Shown: positions 29,701 to 38,528 of the stretch, piece after piece | Numbering within the stretch: position 1 is the stretch's first letter | Layout of the letters: the number at the start of each line of letters is the position of its first letter | Source of the DNA: an uncultured archaeon | Lineage (GTDB): Archaea > Thermoplasmatota > Penumbrarchaeia > JASLWR01 | Assembly (NCBI GenBank): GCA_964342815.1 | Contig: CAYFHS010000001.1 | Span: 279,107 to 343,106, forward strand | Length of the DNA stretch: 64,000 nucleotides | Direction of reading: 5' to 3' | The notes under the pieces: model-generated | What the model saw: the letters and a program-made list of their open reading frames with translations, nothing else | Told to the model about the DNA's origin: nothing | The model's database searches: none | Translations under genes and position numbers: made by a program

Positions 29701-31203
29701 GGAAAAAAGGGACCCTATCTCTTCAAGTTTCAACCTAAAATCCTCTTTTTTTTCAGCGAGAATGTAATCTATATCCTGTATCTCCTCAAGGAATCCATTC
29801 ATATATTCCAACCGGATGTTTAGATTTTTATCAAGGAAACTGTCCCGTGCTTCGATGAGCATTCTTTTGGCCTGTTGGCAATATCGGTAACTTTCAATGA
29901 AATCTTCTTTCTCCTTCTCAGAGGAGGCTTTCTCCAATACACTTTCTGGCTCTGAAATGTCAACATCTTTTCCCCTGAGTTCCTCGAGAAGAGCTTCTAT
30001 CTCGGTCATAATATTCTCGGTCAACTCTTTCGTCTTTACCGTTTTGATCTGTTCCAATAACTCCTTCAGATTGGCCAGAGTGTTAGAAACTTCCTCGAAT
30101 TTTTCCTTCATGAGTCCTTCTCTTGCAGAGAACATCAACTCATCGGCATTTCCCTTCTCGATCCCTAGCTCGGTAATGATCTCAAGGTCCTTGTCCAAAA
30201 GTTTAATTTTTTCGATCAACGTTTCCGAAAGATAAAGTTTCTTATCATCCACCTTGACCTTATGAAATTCTTCAATGATGACGTCGATCTCTTCGAAACG
30301 TCCTTCCTTAAGAGCTAATATGCCTGAACGGATTATGGCAGAGAGTCCCGGAAAGTCTCTAGAAGCTTCTTCCTTTAGTTCATCCAGCTCATTTTTCACA
30401 GCCATAATTTTATTCTTGTAGATACCGATCAGAGTAGTTTTCTTAACTTCTTCTACCTTTTGATGCCCTTCCCGTAGCATTTCATTAGCCTTATCGAACT
30501 CCAAATTATTGATTTTCGATTTTATTTCTTCCAAAAGCTGAATGATCTCACTGGGCTCCCCTCCCAATCCTGCAATCTCCTCCACATCGGCTTGTACCTC
30601 ATTACAATCCCGGTTCAGTTCATCCGTTCTTCTTTCATTGTGCTGCCTTTCCAATCGAGTCGCTATCTCCAATGCCTTGTTCAAATGTTCTTCCAAATAC
30701 TTGAATTCCTTTAATCTTATCTCTTTTTGAGCCAGCTCATAGAGGCCCTCGGCTTCAGATATATCAATACCTTTTTCTTTCTTTTCACCGATTATTTCTC
30801 CTACCTTCCGGTTTAATTCCAATATATTAGCAGGTATTGAATCAGTGGCTTCGACCACCGGTACGACGGTACCAGGGCTTTCCTTGACTTCTGCCTTCTC
30901 GGTTATTTTTTCCGGTTCCGGGCTTTCATCTTCCGGTTCTGGTATCGACTTGGTCTCCAGTGTCTTTTTTGCATTGGCCATGAATTTTTTTGCCTGTACG
31001 GTGAGAAGAACCGCTTTTTTAAGGTTCTCTCCACTTAGTGCAAGTGTTGCATGTTTCACAAAGGCCTGTGCATCTCCAACGTCAACACCCATCCCTTCCA
31101 ATTCCGCCAATTCTTTTCCGATTTCTTCGATGGCCTGCTTAACTCGGTCGCCCGTATCACCCTTGGTATCCGTCTTCTCCTTTTCGTCGCCCATAACAAA
31201 CAC
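26767..31203 (-). CDS. Giant alpha-helical repeat protein (1478 aa), first gene of the operon
   Basis: Same repeat types (EK.MFK.....IK...Y.KGCQ twice); C-terminus YREEITQLETIISEMNNLGLEVPAEILSNLEALKRKEA. Confidence 0.85.
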   Translation of the reverse strand: MFVMGDEKEKTDTKGDTGDRVKQAIEEIGKELAELEGMGVDVGDAQAFVKHATLALSGENLKKAVLLTVQAKKFMANAKKTLETKSIPEPEDESPEPEKITEKAEVKESPGTVVPVVEATDSIPANILELNRKVGEIIGEKKEKGIDISEAEGLYELAQKEIRLKEFKYLEEHLNKALEIATRLERQHNERRTDELNRDCNEVQADVEEIAGLGGEPSEIIQLLEEIKSKINNLEFDKANEMLREGHQKVEEVKKTTLIGIYKNKIMAVKNELDELKEEASRDFPGLSAIIRSGILALKEGRFEEIDVIIEEFHKVKVDDKKLYLSETLIEKIKLLDKDLEIITELGIEKGNADELMFSAREGLMKEKFEEVSNTLANLKELLEQIKTVKTKELTENIMTEIEALLEELRGKDVDISEPESVLEKASSEKEKEDFIESYRYCQQAKRMLIEARDSFLDKNLNIRLEYMNGFLEEIQDIDYILAEKKEDFRLKLEEIGSLFSSEKFLEASIKLPSVIEIESEMKKKIEDHDRTEEQKEKIEELRSTSKDIEIDISEEETLYSQSVGLIENLNFSEAISQLDSIIDKLGEKIDKKYSEIAASRFETAVNGLKANKEIIEDSERVKEEITRAKELIDKDAHVESIELTEKIIRDIDFFKQKNISAIMAELFDNSQKLIDGNQGLGIDVTSGESQLYRAKYAFENRDVESAKGFIKEAQNQLFNSRNEHFEGINKVMGELSLSTDDSTKQISILKELGDAGDIPGFMDMSNKLSGLFNDAEVRKAKGLAKELITRTKGMLTKLGGFSLELDGEKSMFKDGIQAIKAQKYLKGCQLVLGTEQKLLETERNYHSDLAANTMNELGRLVVEAENLGLNVSSINETVEKSRSLAEEEKFEEASKLTAEGIKILSEPVNAELRNRIETEMTASEKIVEKAKELDIDIEKETNKISSADALKEEGNFEEALKSVKEAHERLEEKILGKRKEIKIKEIGEAEQVLENLKKDELHNELQFYLKMAGKALEYDDILSAEASLGEYNRKNDNRMNVQMAGELSDRLSQKKEEMTSLRELEIDVAGTEELLSLAGDSLSRFDFPAFHEEFDSLNSLLEEASTVKARDRARVLVGEAKKLLEQYKDWDIPLDNEKEMFKQAVLLIKGEEYVKGCQMTSEIKNLLIKAKPEYLKGILDKIQEIIDENSEMGAEVIQSEALLYKAAYLFNKEIYDDIYELASKAESSAMLARKEFYKSNTSPFISEVENLLKEAKACDIDTVEIENMIAQSESHFNNGELEEGNALAFEARKKIRNIIQSRIPDIVNAESEALRKKIEEAETIEVDVKEYREILGRIEVLIAEGKFPEAKEEMVGIKEKVIEKITTSKKDKYLLNIDEARNELAALQEETGKEHPDLTQLINSANSKLDSEDFEDVDSTLENFSKGKDEAYRQHQDDKYREEITQLETIISEMNNLGLEVPAEILSNLEALKRKEA

Positions 31204-31410
31204 ATCTAATTATTTACTGATTATTAATAAATGACAAGTATAATGAACAGCACTAAACTGGAACTAAAAATAACTTATTATATTTAATTTAATCTACGAT
31301 TAAGTGGTAAAAAGATAGGAAGGAGGTATTTCTCAGAGGAAAATAAACGCCGGAAGACAATATATAAGCGCTATAACATTAAACAACGGGTAACGAAATG
31401 GTGGAGAAAA

Positions 31411-32736
31411 ATGAAAATAAACTGTGATCTGCACTGTCATTCCGGATATGCCGGTGGAGTTGGGAATATCTCTTTGGTCGATATCGAGAAGACCATGCCC
31501 TTGAAGGGCATCGATATTGTTGGAACGGGAGATATTCTTCAGCAACAATGGTTGAACACGTTGAAAAGCAGTTTCATAGAAAAAGAGTCCGGCCTTTTTG
31601 CCACTGCTCCGGATGCAAGGGTTCGTTTTTTACTCCAGACCGAAATAATATTCACTTCTCCCGTGGGGGAAGGAAGAAAAATGGTTCACCACGTGCTCCT
31701 GTTTCCTTCTTTTGATAGTGTTGACCGATGTCGTCGATTGATGGAAAAATGGAATGTTAAGCTCAACATCGGTCGTCCTTTCGTGAAATGTAATGGCAAG
31801 GATGATATTGGGGGAAAATTATTTGATATTCACAAGATAGATCCCCTGATTGAATCAATTCCCGCACACGTTATGACCCCCGACGGCATATACGGTTCGA
31901 AGAATCCCGTTACCTCTATGGAACAGTTTTACGGGGAAGGGATGGATCTAATTTATTCCGTGGAGACGGGTCTTAGTGCAGATCCAATTATATTGGGCCA
32001 GATCCCGGAACTTGATGATTTCACTCTTCTTTCGAATTCTGATGCTCATTCCGCTCAACTTCACAGGATGGGGCGTGAATTCACGACGCTTGAATTGAGA
32101 AATGTTGATTTTCCCGGAATTATCCGCGCTGTAAGAGAGAATCATGTTTACCGTACGGCCGAGTTCAATCCCATGGAGGGACGTTATTTTCTTACAGGCC
32201 ATCGTAAGGGAAAGAAAGGTCATGGTGACCAGTATTGTATATATTCACCCGGATTTACACCCCATGACGCGAAATGCCCTATCTGTAAAAAACCTTTGAC
32301 CGTTGGCGTCCTTGCGAGAAGTCAGATATTGAAGCGAGCTCAGGGTGGGGAGGATCGAGATTGGGGATACCTCCCGAAAGATAGTCCTGATTTCGTTCAC
32401 ATGGTTCCACTGGTGGAGATCATCGCCCACAGTCTTTCTATAAGATCATCCACATCGAAACGAGTAATTGAGACATACCTTGACATGATCGAACACCTCG
32501 GGACAGAATGTGCCATGTGGTTCATGGACGAGGCTGAAATAGAAAAACGTTTGACCGGAAACGTGGAAGAGAACTTGCTGAGAAACATCTTGATGATCAA
32601 GAAAGGGGATTTCAACTTTTCCCCCATGGGTTATGATGGGGCATACGGGAAGCTTACTATAGGAGAGAGGAGTGATATTTTTGGAATAAAGGTGGAGCAT
32701 ATGGACGGTGGACAGTTAACCTTGGATCAATGGTAA
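31411..32736 (+). CDS. Endonuclease Q family / PHP-domain protein (TIGR00375-like)
   Basis: DLHCHS, KGIDIVGTGD, LQTE, HHVLLFPS, IPAHVMTP, ETGLSAD, SNSDAHS, GREFT, EGRY...GH, CP.C.KPLTVGV..R and GYDG.YGK motifs. Confidence 0.9.
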   Translation: MKINCDLHCHSGYAGGVGNISLVDIEKTMPLKGIDIVGTGDILQQQWLNTLKSSFIEKESGLFATAPDARVRFLLQTEIIFTSPVGEGRKMVHHVLLFPSFDSVDRCRRLMEKWNVKLNIGRPFVKCNGKDDIGGKLFDIHKIDPLIESIPAHVMTPDGIYGSKNPVTSMEQFYGEGMDLIYSVETGLSADPIILGQIPELDDFTLLSNSDAHSAQLHRMGREFTTLELRNVDFPGIIRAVRENHVYRTAEFNPMEGRYFLTGHRKGKKGHGDQYCIYSPGFTPHDAKCPICKKPLTVGVLARSQILKRAQGGEDRDWGYLPKDSPDFVHMVPLVEIIAHSLSIRSSTSKRVIETYLDMIEHLGTECAMWFMDEAEIEKRLTGNVEENLLRNILMIKKGDFNFSPMGYDGAYGKLTIGERSDIFGIKVEHMDGGQLTLDQW

Positions 32737-32849
32737 AGCTGGAATTTAATGAGTCGAAATTGACCACATGCGTCATGTTTTTTCATCAGATATTTTAATT
32801 AACAAGAGAACAAATATACAATCGATATGCACGTAATCATAGCGAAAAC

Positions 32850-35369
32850 GTGTTTCGTGGTCACTATCGGTGTAGATCTATGGGACGAATAGAAAATGAG
32901 ACAGATCCTGAAATCGAAGGGGAGCTGGTCACGTTATCACCTGTAAATGATATTGAGGAATGTGCAGAGAACCAGGACACATTCCCTAATGAAGTTATTT
33001 TCAAAGACCTTCTGGCATTGACCGATACCCCTGAAGTAAAGAAAGTATCCGATGAAGAAGAGCGAAAACCGGATGTTCCACCTACGGAATGTTTGATCGA
33101 AAGAGAATCCATTGCTAAGGCTGGGGAAACCTCTGTAGTCTTAAAACCCCCCGTGAAGAGGAAAAAGAAACCTGTGGTAATAAGCGTTCTCAGAAAAACA
33201 AAGGTACGGGAGCCCGACAATGTCGGAAACGATGTAATACAGGGAGATAAGATAAATCAGCAGGAAAGGGATGTTCCGGATAATCGAAGTTTGAAATTAC
33301 TGGAGAACATTGAATTAAGAAACCGCGCTAGAAATAAAGCCGGCTCTCCTCACGAGATAGGATTTCGTCGCATGAAGATCCCCTCGGTAATATACAAGGA
33401 GAACGCATGGTTTCCCTATGAGGAAGAGAACGGTATTTTAACGTATATCGCCCTTGAAAAAGCAACACGTCGCTATCGAAAGAGATTGAGTTTTCTTGGA
33501 GTGCTAATGCTCCTTGTATCAATCATTTGCGTTGTATCAATAGCGGCAGTGGGCACTAGTCTCTATACTGCTTGGGACCTCTGGTTCCTGATGCTTTTTC
33601 CCCTTGGACTCTCACTTGGGGTGCTCATAATACTTTTTATCGTTAGATTGTCAGTCCGACCACACAGAATCATTTCACTGATGAAACATTATTACAGGGT
33701 TGATGTTCTGGCATTCACTGAATCCAGCGCCGTGATCTACGATTACCATGACTCTGTCAGCGATTTCAGTTTTCATTATTCCGATTTTCCTTTCAATGAT
33801 ATTCACAGACGATTGTGCGGAATAAACAAAACGCCCGTTTCCATACACGACGAGGAAAATGTTATATCCAGTCTTGCGAAATGCGCCGATATTTGGAACT
33901 CGAAAAAGAGGGAATTCTATGAAGTACCTGTTGCCACCGGGAACAGCCTCCTATATCGCTGTGTCGAAGCGCTTCTACCCTATTCCATAATTATTTCACA
34001 CAGCGATACCCTGAGAACGGTCCGGGAGATGACCCTTCCTGCGAGTTGGGATGAGGAAAAGTCGCGTACAATGAATCCCCAGTTTGTTCAGTTCTGCGGT
34101 CTTCGGGGCATAATAGATAATTTCAACAACCTGGTGGAGGAGATCGACAGGTCCATCTCGGTATACCATGAGCTGCTTTCGGGAAATATAAGTGCCACAA
34201 ATCATTATTACAGTGAATTCTCGCGTTTGGCCTCGAAGATGATGGGGATTTCTCAAATTGAAATTAATGATGAAGGGAATGTAAAGGGTTCGGGGGAAAA
34301 TGATATCGGACCCGTAGCGCCGCTAAGATCTCTCATTCGCAAATTCAGCGACGAAACGAAGGGAAAAAGGGAATGGATCGCCGAAGAATACGATGGGAAG
34401 ATAAATTACCTTCAAGACGAGATGGAAACCAAGATAGACAATGAACGGACGGAATTAAGTGGAAAGAGTTCCGAGATCGATTTTCAGATCAAAGAAATGG
34501 AATTGGAAACAGAAGGACTGCAAAAAGAGAAACTACGCATTGAACGATCTCAAAAAGACCGCGCGATCGAGATTTCCGAAGCTTCTGAAAATGGGAACCA
34601 GGACAATGAAATGGAGCGGTTGGAACTGGAAAGCGAGAGAGTACGGGACAAGCTTGACCAGAATGAGAAACTGCTGGCCCTTCTTACAGAACGGGCAAAA
34701 GAACTGGACGATGTTCTTACGGCAAAGATTTCAATGATAGAGAAAGTATACGCAGAGAAGAAGGATCACATCGAAAACGAGAAGAAAATGGAACTGACGG
34801 ATGTGGAAAAGGAAGTAAATGTGCTGAAAGGTCTGAGGGATGAAATAATGAAGATTGCCTTGAGCAGCAAAAAAGTTTTTTCTAACATGGAGGAAAAAGA
34901 GATACTGCCGTTTCAAGAACGATGGGAGGATATAAAGAAGATCCGAAATTATCTCGTTACCGCCATTGAGAACGATAAAAATGAGTTGGCTCAGGGAATA
35001 AAACCCACTGATGACCTGAAATTCACATACGACGGAGCCCTGCCACTCTCATTCCATATTCCTTTTTGGAGCATTCAGCTCAGCACGGGTGAGATCAGCG
35101 TGTTGCTCCCCATGTTGATGTGCGAGGATGTGGATGCAGGTCGAGAGATCCGGGACAACTGCGTCCCCTTGGAGAAAATATTTAAAAAGTTCTACCCTTC
35201 ACAGGCGGAATTCGAAGATTTTCTCGCAAAACGGGTGAGAACCGATAAGGATTATTTTCCGTCAAAGAAGCTCATGGCGTCCCCGGAAGAGATGAAAAAC
35301 TACTCTGGTGTATTTTTTACGGAAAGATTTCTGAAAATGGTAGAGAAAAAGGGGGGATACCTTTGGTGA
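32850..35369 (+). CDS. Membrane protein with two TM helices and a long C-terminal coiled coil (hypothetical; start may be 32880)
   Basis: Hydrophobic segments LSFLGVLMLLVSIICVVSIAAVG and LWFLMLFPLGLSLGVLIILFIV; E/K-rich heptad region at about aa 500-690. Confidence 0.7.
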   Translation: MFRGHYRCRSMGRIENETDPEIEGELVTLSPVNDIEECAENQDTFPNEVIFKDLLALTDTPEVKKVSDEEERKPDVPPTECLIERESIAKAGETSVVLKPPVKRKKKPVVISVLRKTKVREPDNVGNDVIQGDKINQQERDVPDNRSLKLLENIELRNRARNKAGSPHEIGFRRMKIPSVIYKENAWFPYEEENGILTYIALEKATRRYRKRLSFLGVLMLLVSIICVVSIAAVGTSLYTAWDLWFLMLFPLGLSLGVLIILFIVRLSVRPHRIISLMKHYYRVDVLAFTESSAVIYDYHDSVSDFSFHYSDFPFNDIHRRLCGINKTPVSIHDEENVISSLAKCADIWNSKKREFYEVPVATGNSLLYRCVEALLPYSIIISHSDTLRTVREMTLPASWDEEKSRTMNPQFVQFCGLRGIIDNFNNLVEEIDRSISVYHELLSGNISATNHYYSEFSRLASKMMGISQIEINDEGNVKGSGENDIGPVAPLRSLIRKFSDETKGKREWIAEEYDGKINYLQDEMETKIDNERTELSGKSSEIDFQIKEMELETEGLQKEKLRIERSQKDRAIEISEASENGNQDNEMERLELESERVRDKLDQNEKLLALLTERAKELDDVLTAKISMIEKVYAEKKDHIENEKKMELTDVEKEVNVLKGLRDEIMKIALSSKKVFSNMEEKEILPFQERWEDIKKIRNYLVTAIENDKNELAQGIKPTDDLKFTYDGALPLSFHIPFWSIQLSTGEISVLLPMLMCEDVDAGREIRDNCVPLEKIFKKFYPSQAEFEDFLAKRVRTDKDYFPSKKLMASPEEMKNYSGVFFTERFLKMVEKKGGYLW

Positions 35370-36238
35370 ATGATTCGGAGATTGTCGACACTCTTCACGG
35401 AAAAAAGCTGAAAGATAAAATGAACGTAGTTATCGATCCCGATGACCGGGGTAATGTGGATATACTACCTGATTCCAGAGAAACATTCTTTTCCGATATC
35501 GGGAGGAATATCGTAGTTGGTACCGGCGCGAGAGCCGGGCATCTTTTGGGAAAAACAGTTACGCTAAGCAATGGGGAAGGAGGTGCATTCACGGCAGCGA
35601 TCTCCGCAACAGGATTTGAAAGAGTGGTACTTGGCGAGCAGTGTGTCGTGCTGAACGACATTTGCAGTCCCGGAGAGGTGAAGGTGGGGCGGGCAGGAAG
35701 GATAGGAAAGAACATATTCTGCGGAAGAGCTGAGGTCCACCGACAAACACAAATCAACGGTAACGTTCTGGCCACGGGTGATATCGCAATTGCAAGCGAC
35801 TGCGACGTGAACGGTGCCCTTATCAGCCTCGAAGGTAGTGTTACGGTGGGAGACCGATGCAATATCGGGATGATATATGCCAAGGGAAATATCAGGATGG
35901 GCCAGGACATTTCTCTTATGAACGACATTATCAGCTCAAGTGAAGGAAAGGTCGTTTTCCCGTCGGACGGGGAAGACCCGGTGGTGACCCTTGCCCATAC
36001 TTTTTCCGTAATCAAAAATGAATTGATTCCATGGGAAGAGCTTGCTGCCTACTGCTTTACTAATACGGATAATGTCGGATATAACCTTTCAAAGGTCATA
36101 TTTAAAAAGGATGAAAAAATAATCACCCGGCACTTAAAGCACCTTGAGGACAAATGGAAAAAGCGGTTCGTAATGGAAGAAATGGAGAACCTGGCGGATG
36201 GCCATGGGCGGAAGGGACCGAACGGGTACGATGGGTAA
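35363..36238 (+). CDS. Beta-helix protein, polymer-forming cytoskeletal / COG4801-like
   Basis: Repeats such as VVLGEQCVVLNDI, VKVGRAGRIGKNI, INGNVLATGDIAI, VTVGDRCNIGMI; overlaps the upstream gene by 7 bp. Confidence 0.6.
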   Translation: MVNDSEIVDTLHGKKLKDKMNVVIDPDDRGNVDILPDSRETFFSDIGRNIVVGTGARAGHLLGKTVTLSNGEGGAFTAAISATGFERVVLGEQCVVLNDICSPGEVKVGRAGRIGKNIFCGRAEVHRQTQINGNVLATGDIAIASDCDVNGALISLEGSVTVGDRCNIGMIYAKGNIRMGQDISLMNDIISSSEGKVVFPSDGEDPVVTLAHTFSVIKNELIPWEELAAYCFTNTDNVGYNLSKVIFKKDEKIITRHLKHLEDKWKKRFVMEEMENLADGHGRKGPNGYDG

Positions 36239-36344
36239 AACCAGGATTGGATGGTGTCATTACTTGCGGTCATCTATTCAGGTGCCCTTGGAGACTCCAT
36301 TGCAGTGAAATGGGAACCCTGAAAAACGGGACGAGGTATGATTA

Positions 36345-38081
36345 ATGGATGAACTTGAGAATATCGCAAGAAATCTTGCACTGCGCAATGCCGTGGAACA
36401 CAACGGCAGGGCAAATGCAGGGCCGGTTCTGGGCCAGTTGATGGCTGCCGATCCTGAAATGAGAAGCAGGGCAAAAGAAGTTGCCGCCATTATTGGTCAG
36501 ATCATCTCAGAAGTGAACGCCATGGCCCCTGCAGACCAGATCCGGGAGCTGAATGAAGCGGACCCCGAGTCTATTTTAAACCTCGAGAGCAGACGGAACG
36601 AGCGGACTGATGAGCTGCCGCCACTTGAGGATGCGGAGGGCGGAGTGGTGATGCGCTTCGCACCGGGACCCTCGGGTCCTCTTCATCTGGGACATACCAG
36701 GGCAGTGATACTAAACGATGAGTACGTGAAACGTTACGGAGGCAAGCTGATAATCCGCTTCGAGGATACCAACCCCGACAAGATCGATCCTGATTCATAT
36801 GAAAGCATACTTGCTGACCTTGATTGGATGGGCATAGATTATCACGAAACAGCGATACAGAGCGACCGTTTCGACCTTTACGAGGAATGGGCGGGGAGAT
36901 TGATCGAGCTGGGCCGGGCTTACGTTTGTTCGTGCGATGTGGAAAGCTGGCGTGGGCTAAAGGAAAAGGGTAAACCCTGCCCTCACAGGGAGCTCCATTC
37001 TGAGCTACAGATGAAGGAATGGACAAAGATGCTGGACGGTACCTATCAGGCGAACGCAGCTTCTCTCGTGGTAAAGACCGACCTGAACCACAAGAATCCC
37101 GCAGTTAGGGATTTCGTGGCCATGAGGATCAACGAGACGCCGCATCCGAGGACCGGACGTAAATACCGTGTCTATCCGCTGTACAATTTCTCGGTTGCCG
37201 TAGATGATCATTTCATGAAATGCACTCACGTACTCCGGGGCAAGGACCACCTAAACAACACGATACGGCAAAAATACATTTATCGTTTTCTGGGATGGGA
37301 GCTTCCTTACTTTCACCATTACGGATGGGTCTCCATAAAGGATGTATTGCTCAAGACCTCTACCATCAAGGAAGGAATACTCGGCGGGGAGTACAGCGGG
37401 TGGGACGATATGCGTTTGGGGACCCTGCAGACCATTGCGAGGCGCGGCATAAAACCCGAGGCAATCCGCGAGTACTGGAAGGAGGTGGGAACGAAACCCG
37501 TGGACGTTCAGTTCTCCTGGGAAAACCTTTTTGCGTACAATAAAAGCGCAGTTGAAAAAGAGGCAAAGAGATATTTCTTCGCACGCGAACCTGCCAAGCT
37601 GAACATTCAGGGAATTGACCGCCTAACGGGAAAAGCTCCGCTCCTGCCCGACCACAAGGAATCCGGTTACAGAATAACATCTCTCCATAGTGACGGAGGT
37701 TTCATTTGTATTCTAGTGGACCGGCAGGATGCCGTGGAAATGAGCGAGCGGCTGGCAGACAACCATTGTGTGAAAATACGCCTGAAGGACCTATGCAACG
37801 TAGAGGTTACAGGGCTCGATGATGATGTTTTCACCGCGAGATACACAGGGACCGAATTGAATTGGCTGAGAGAAAGGGCACGAATTATCCACTGGGTACC
37901 CAGCGATCCACTGAAAAATTTAGACTGTACCGTTCTGAAACCTGACGGAACAAGCGAGTCCGGCAAGGTCGAAGCTCACGTGAGAGAAAGCCATGGAGAG
38001 CTGGTGCAGTTCGAACGTTATGGTTTCGTATCGGTGAAGGTTGTGGGAGAGAGGGTGGAAGCGTGTTTTGCACATAAATGA
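36345..38081 (+). CDS. gltX: Glutamate--tRNA ligase (archaeal type)
   Basis: MRFAPGPSGPLHLGH, RFEDTNP, YPLYNF.VAVDDH, THVLRGKDH, GWDD.RLGTL, QFERYGF and the archaeal N-terminal ALRNAVEHNG.A..G.V extension. Confidence 0.97.
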   Translation: MDELENIARNLALRNAVEHNGRANAGPVLGQLMAADPEMRSRAKEVAAIIGQIISEVNAMAPADQIRELNEADPESILNLESRRNERTDELPPLEDAEGGVVMRFAPGPSGPLHLGHTRAVILNDEYVKRYGGKLIIRFEDTNPDKIDPDSYESILADLDWMGIDYHETAIQSDRFDLYEEWAGRLIELGRAYVCSCDVESWRGLKEKGKPCPHRELHSELQMKEWTKMLDGTYQANAASLVVKTDLNHKNPAVRDFVAMRINETPHPRTGRKYRVYPLYNFSVAVDDHFMKCTHVLRGKDHLNNTIRQKYIYRFLGWELPYFHHYGWVSIKDVLLKTSTIKEGILGGEYSGWDDMRLGTLQTIARRGIKPEAIREYWKEVGTKPVDVQFSWENLFAYNKSAVEKEAKRYFFAREPAKLNIQGIDRLTGKAPLLPDHKESGYRITSLHSDGGFICILVDRQDAVEMSERLADNHCVKIRLKDLCNVEVTGLDDDVFTARYTGTELNWLRERARIIHWVPSDPLKNLDCTVLKPDGTSESGKVEAHVRESHGELVQFERYGFVSVKVVGERVEACFAHK

Positions 38082-38120
38082 GACCCAGGATTGTTAATTT
38101 CCAGTCCAATTTTCTTTTTT

Positions 38121-38210
38121 TAGAGGACCTGCGAGCCCAGCACACGCAGGTCCGGTTAAAAACAAAATATTAAGCAAATAGAAAAAGGTCGGCAGGTGCC
38201 GACCTTTCTT
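38121..38210 (+). repeat. Two-hairpin cassette downstream of gltX (terminator/REP-like), copy A
   Basis: Stems GGACCTGCG/CGCAGGTCC (38125-38153) and AAAGGTCGGC/GCCGACCTTT (38184-38207); homologous to the reverse complement of 43155-43251. Confidence 0.75.
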
Positions 38211-38528
38211 GATCTTGTGATTATTCTTACGCATTATAAAAGGGAGCGGTACCAACATTTTTCCTCAATATCTTAAAGGTTGATGTGTCTTTGTTACCCG
38301 TTCAATGAAGAACCTGACATTGGCTACCACCTGCTTTCTAATTATCGGATCAAGCAGATCCATGGCAGTATGGGCAAAAAATGTTCTTTGTTAAAGTAAA
38401 TAGGGTAAACATGCAATAAATAAGAACGAGATTTATATAGAGACTTAATTAGCGAAAACATTATCTAATAGTCAAGCAATCTTATCCATACCAAATTTAC
38501 TCAAACCTTTACTTTATGGTCCATCTCA

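Noticed and set aside
19705-31203. SMC/Rad50 ATPases
   Set aside because: No Walker A/B, signature or hinge motifs; the proteins consist of short helical repeats.
38220-38420. Possible small minus-strand ORF (MDLLDPIIRKQ...)
   Set aside because: About 32 codons, with no recognisable motif or ribosome-binding signal.
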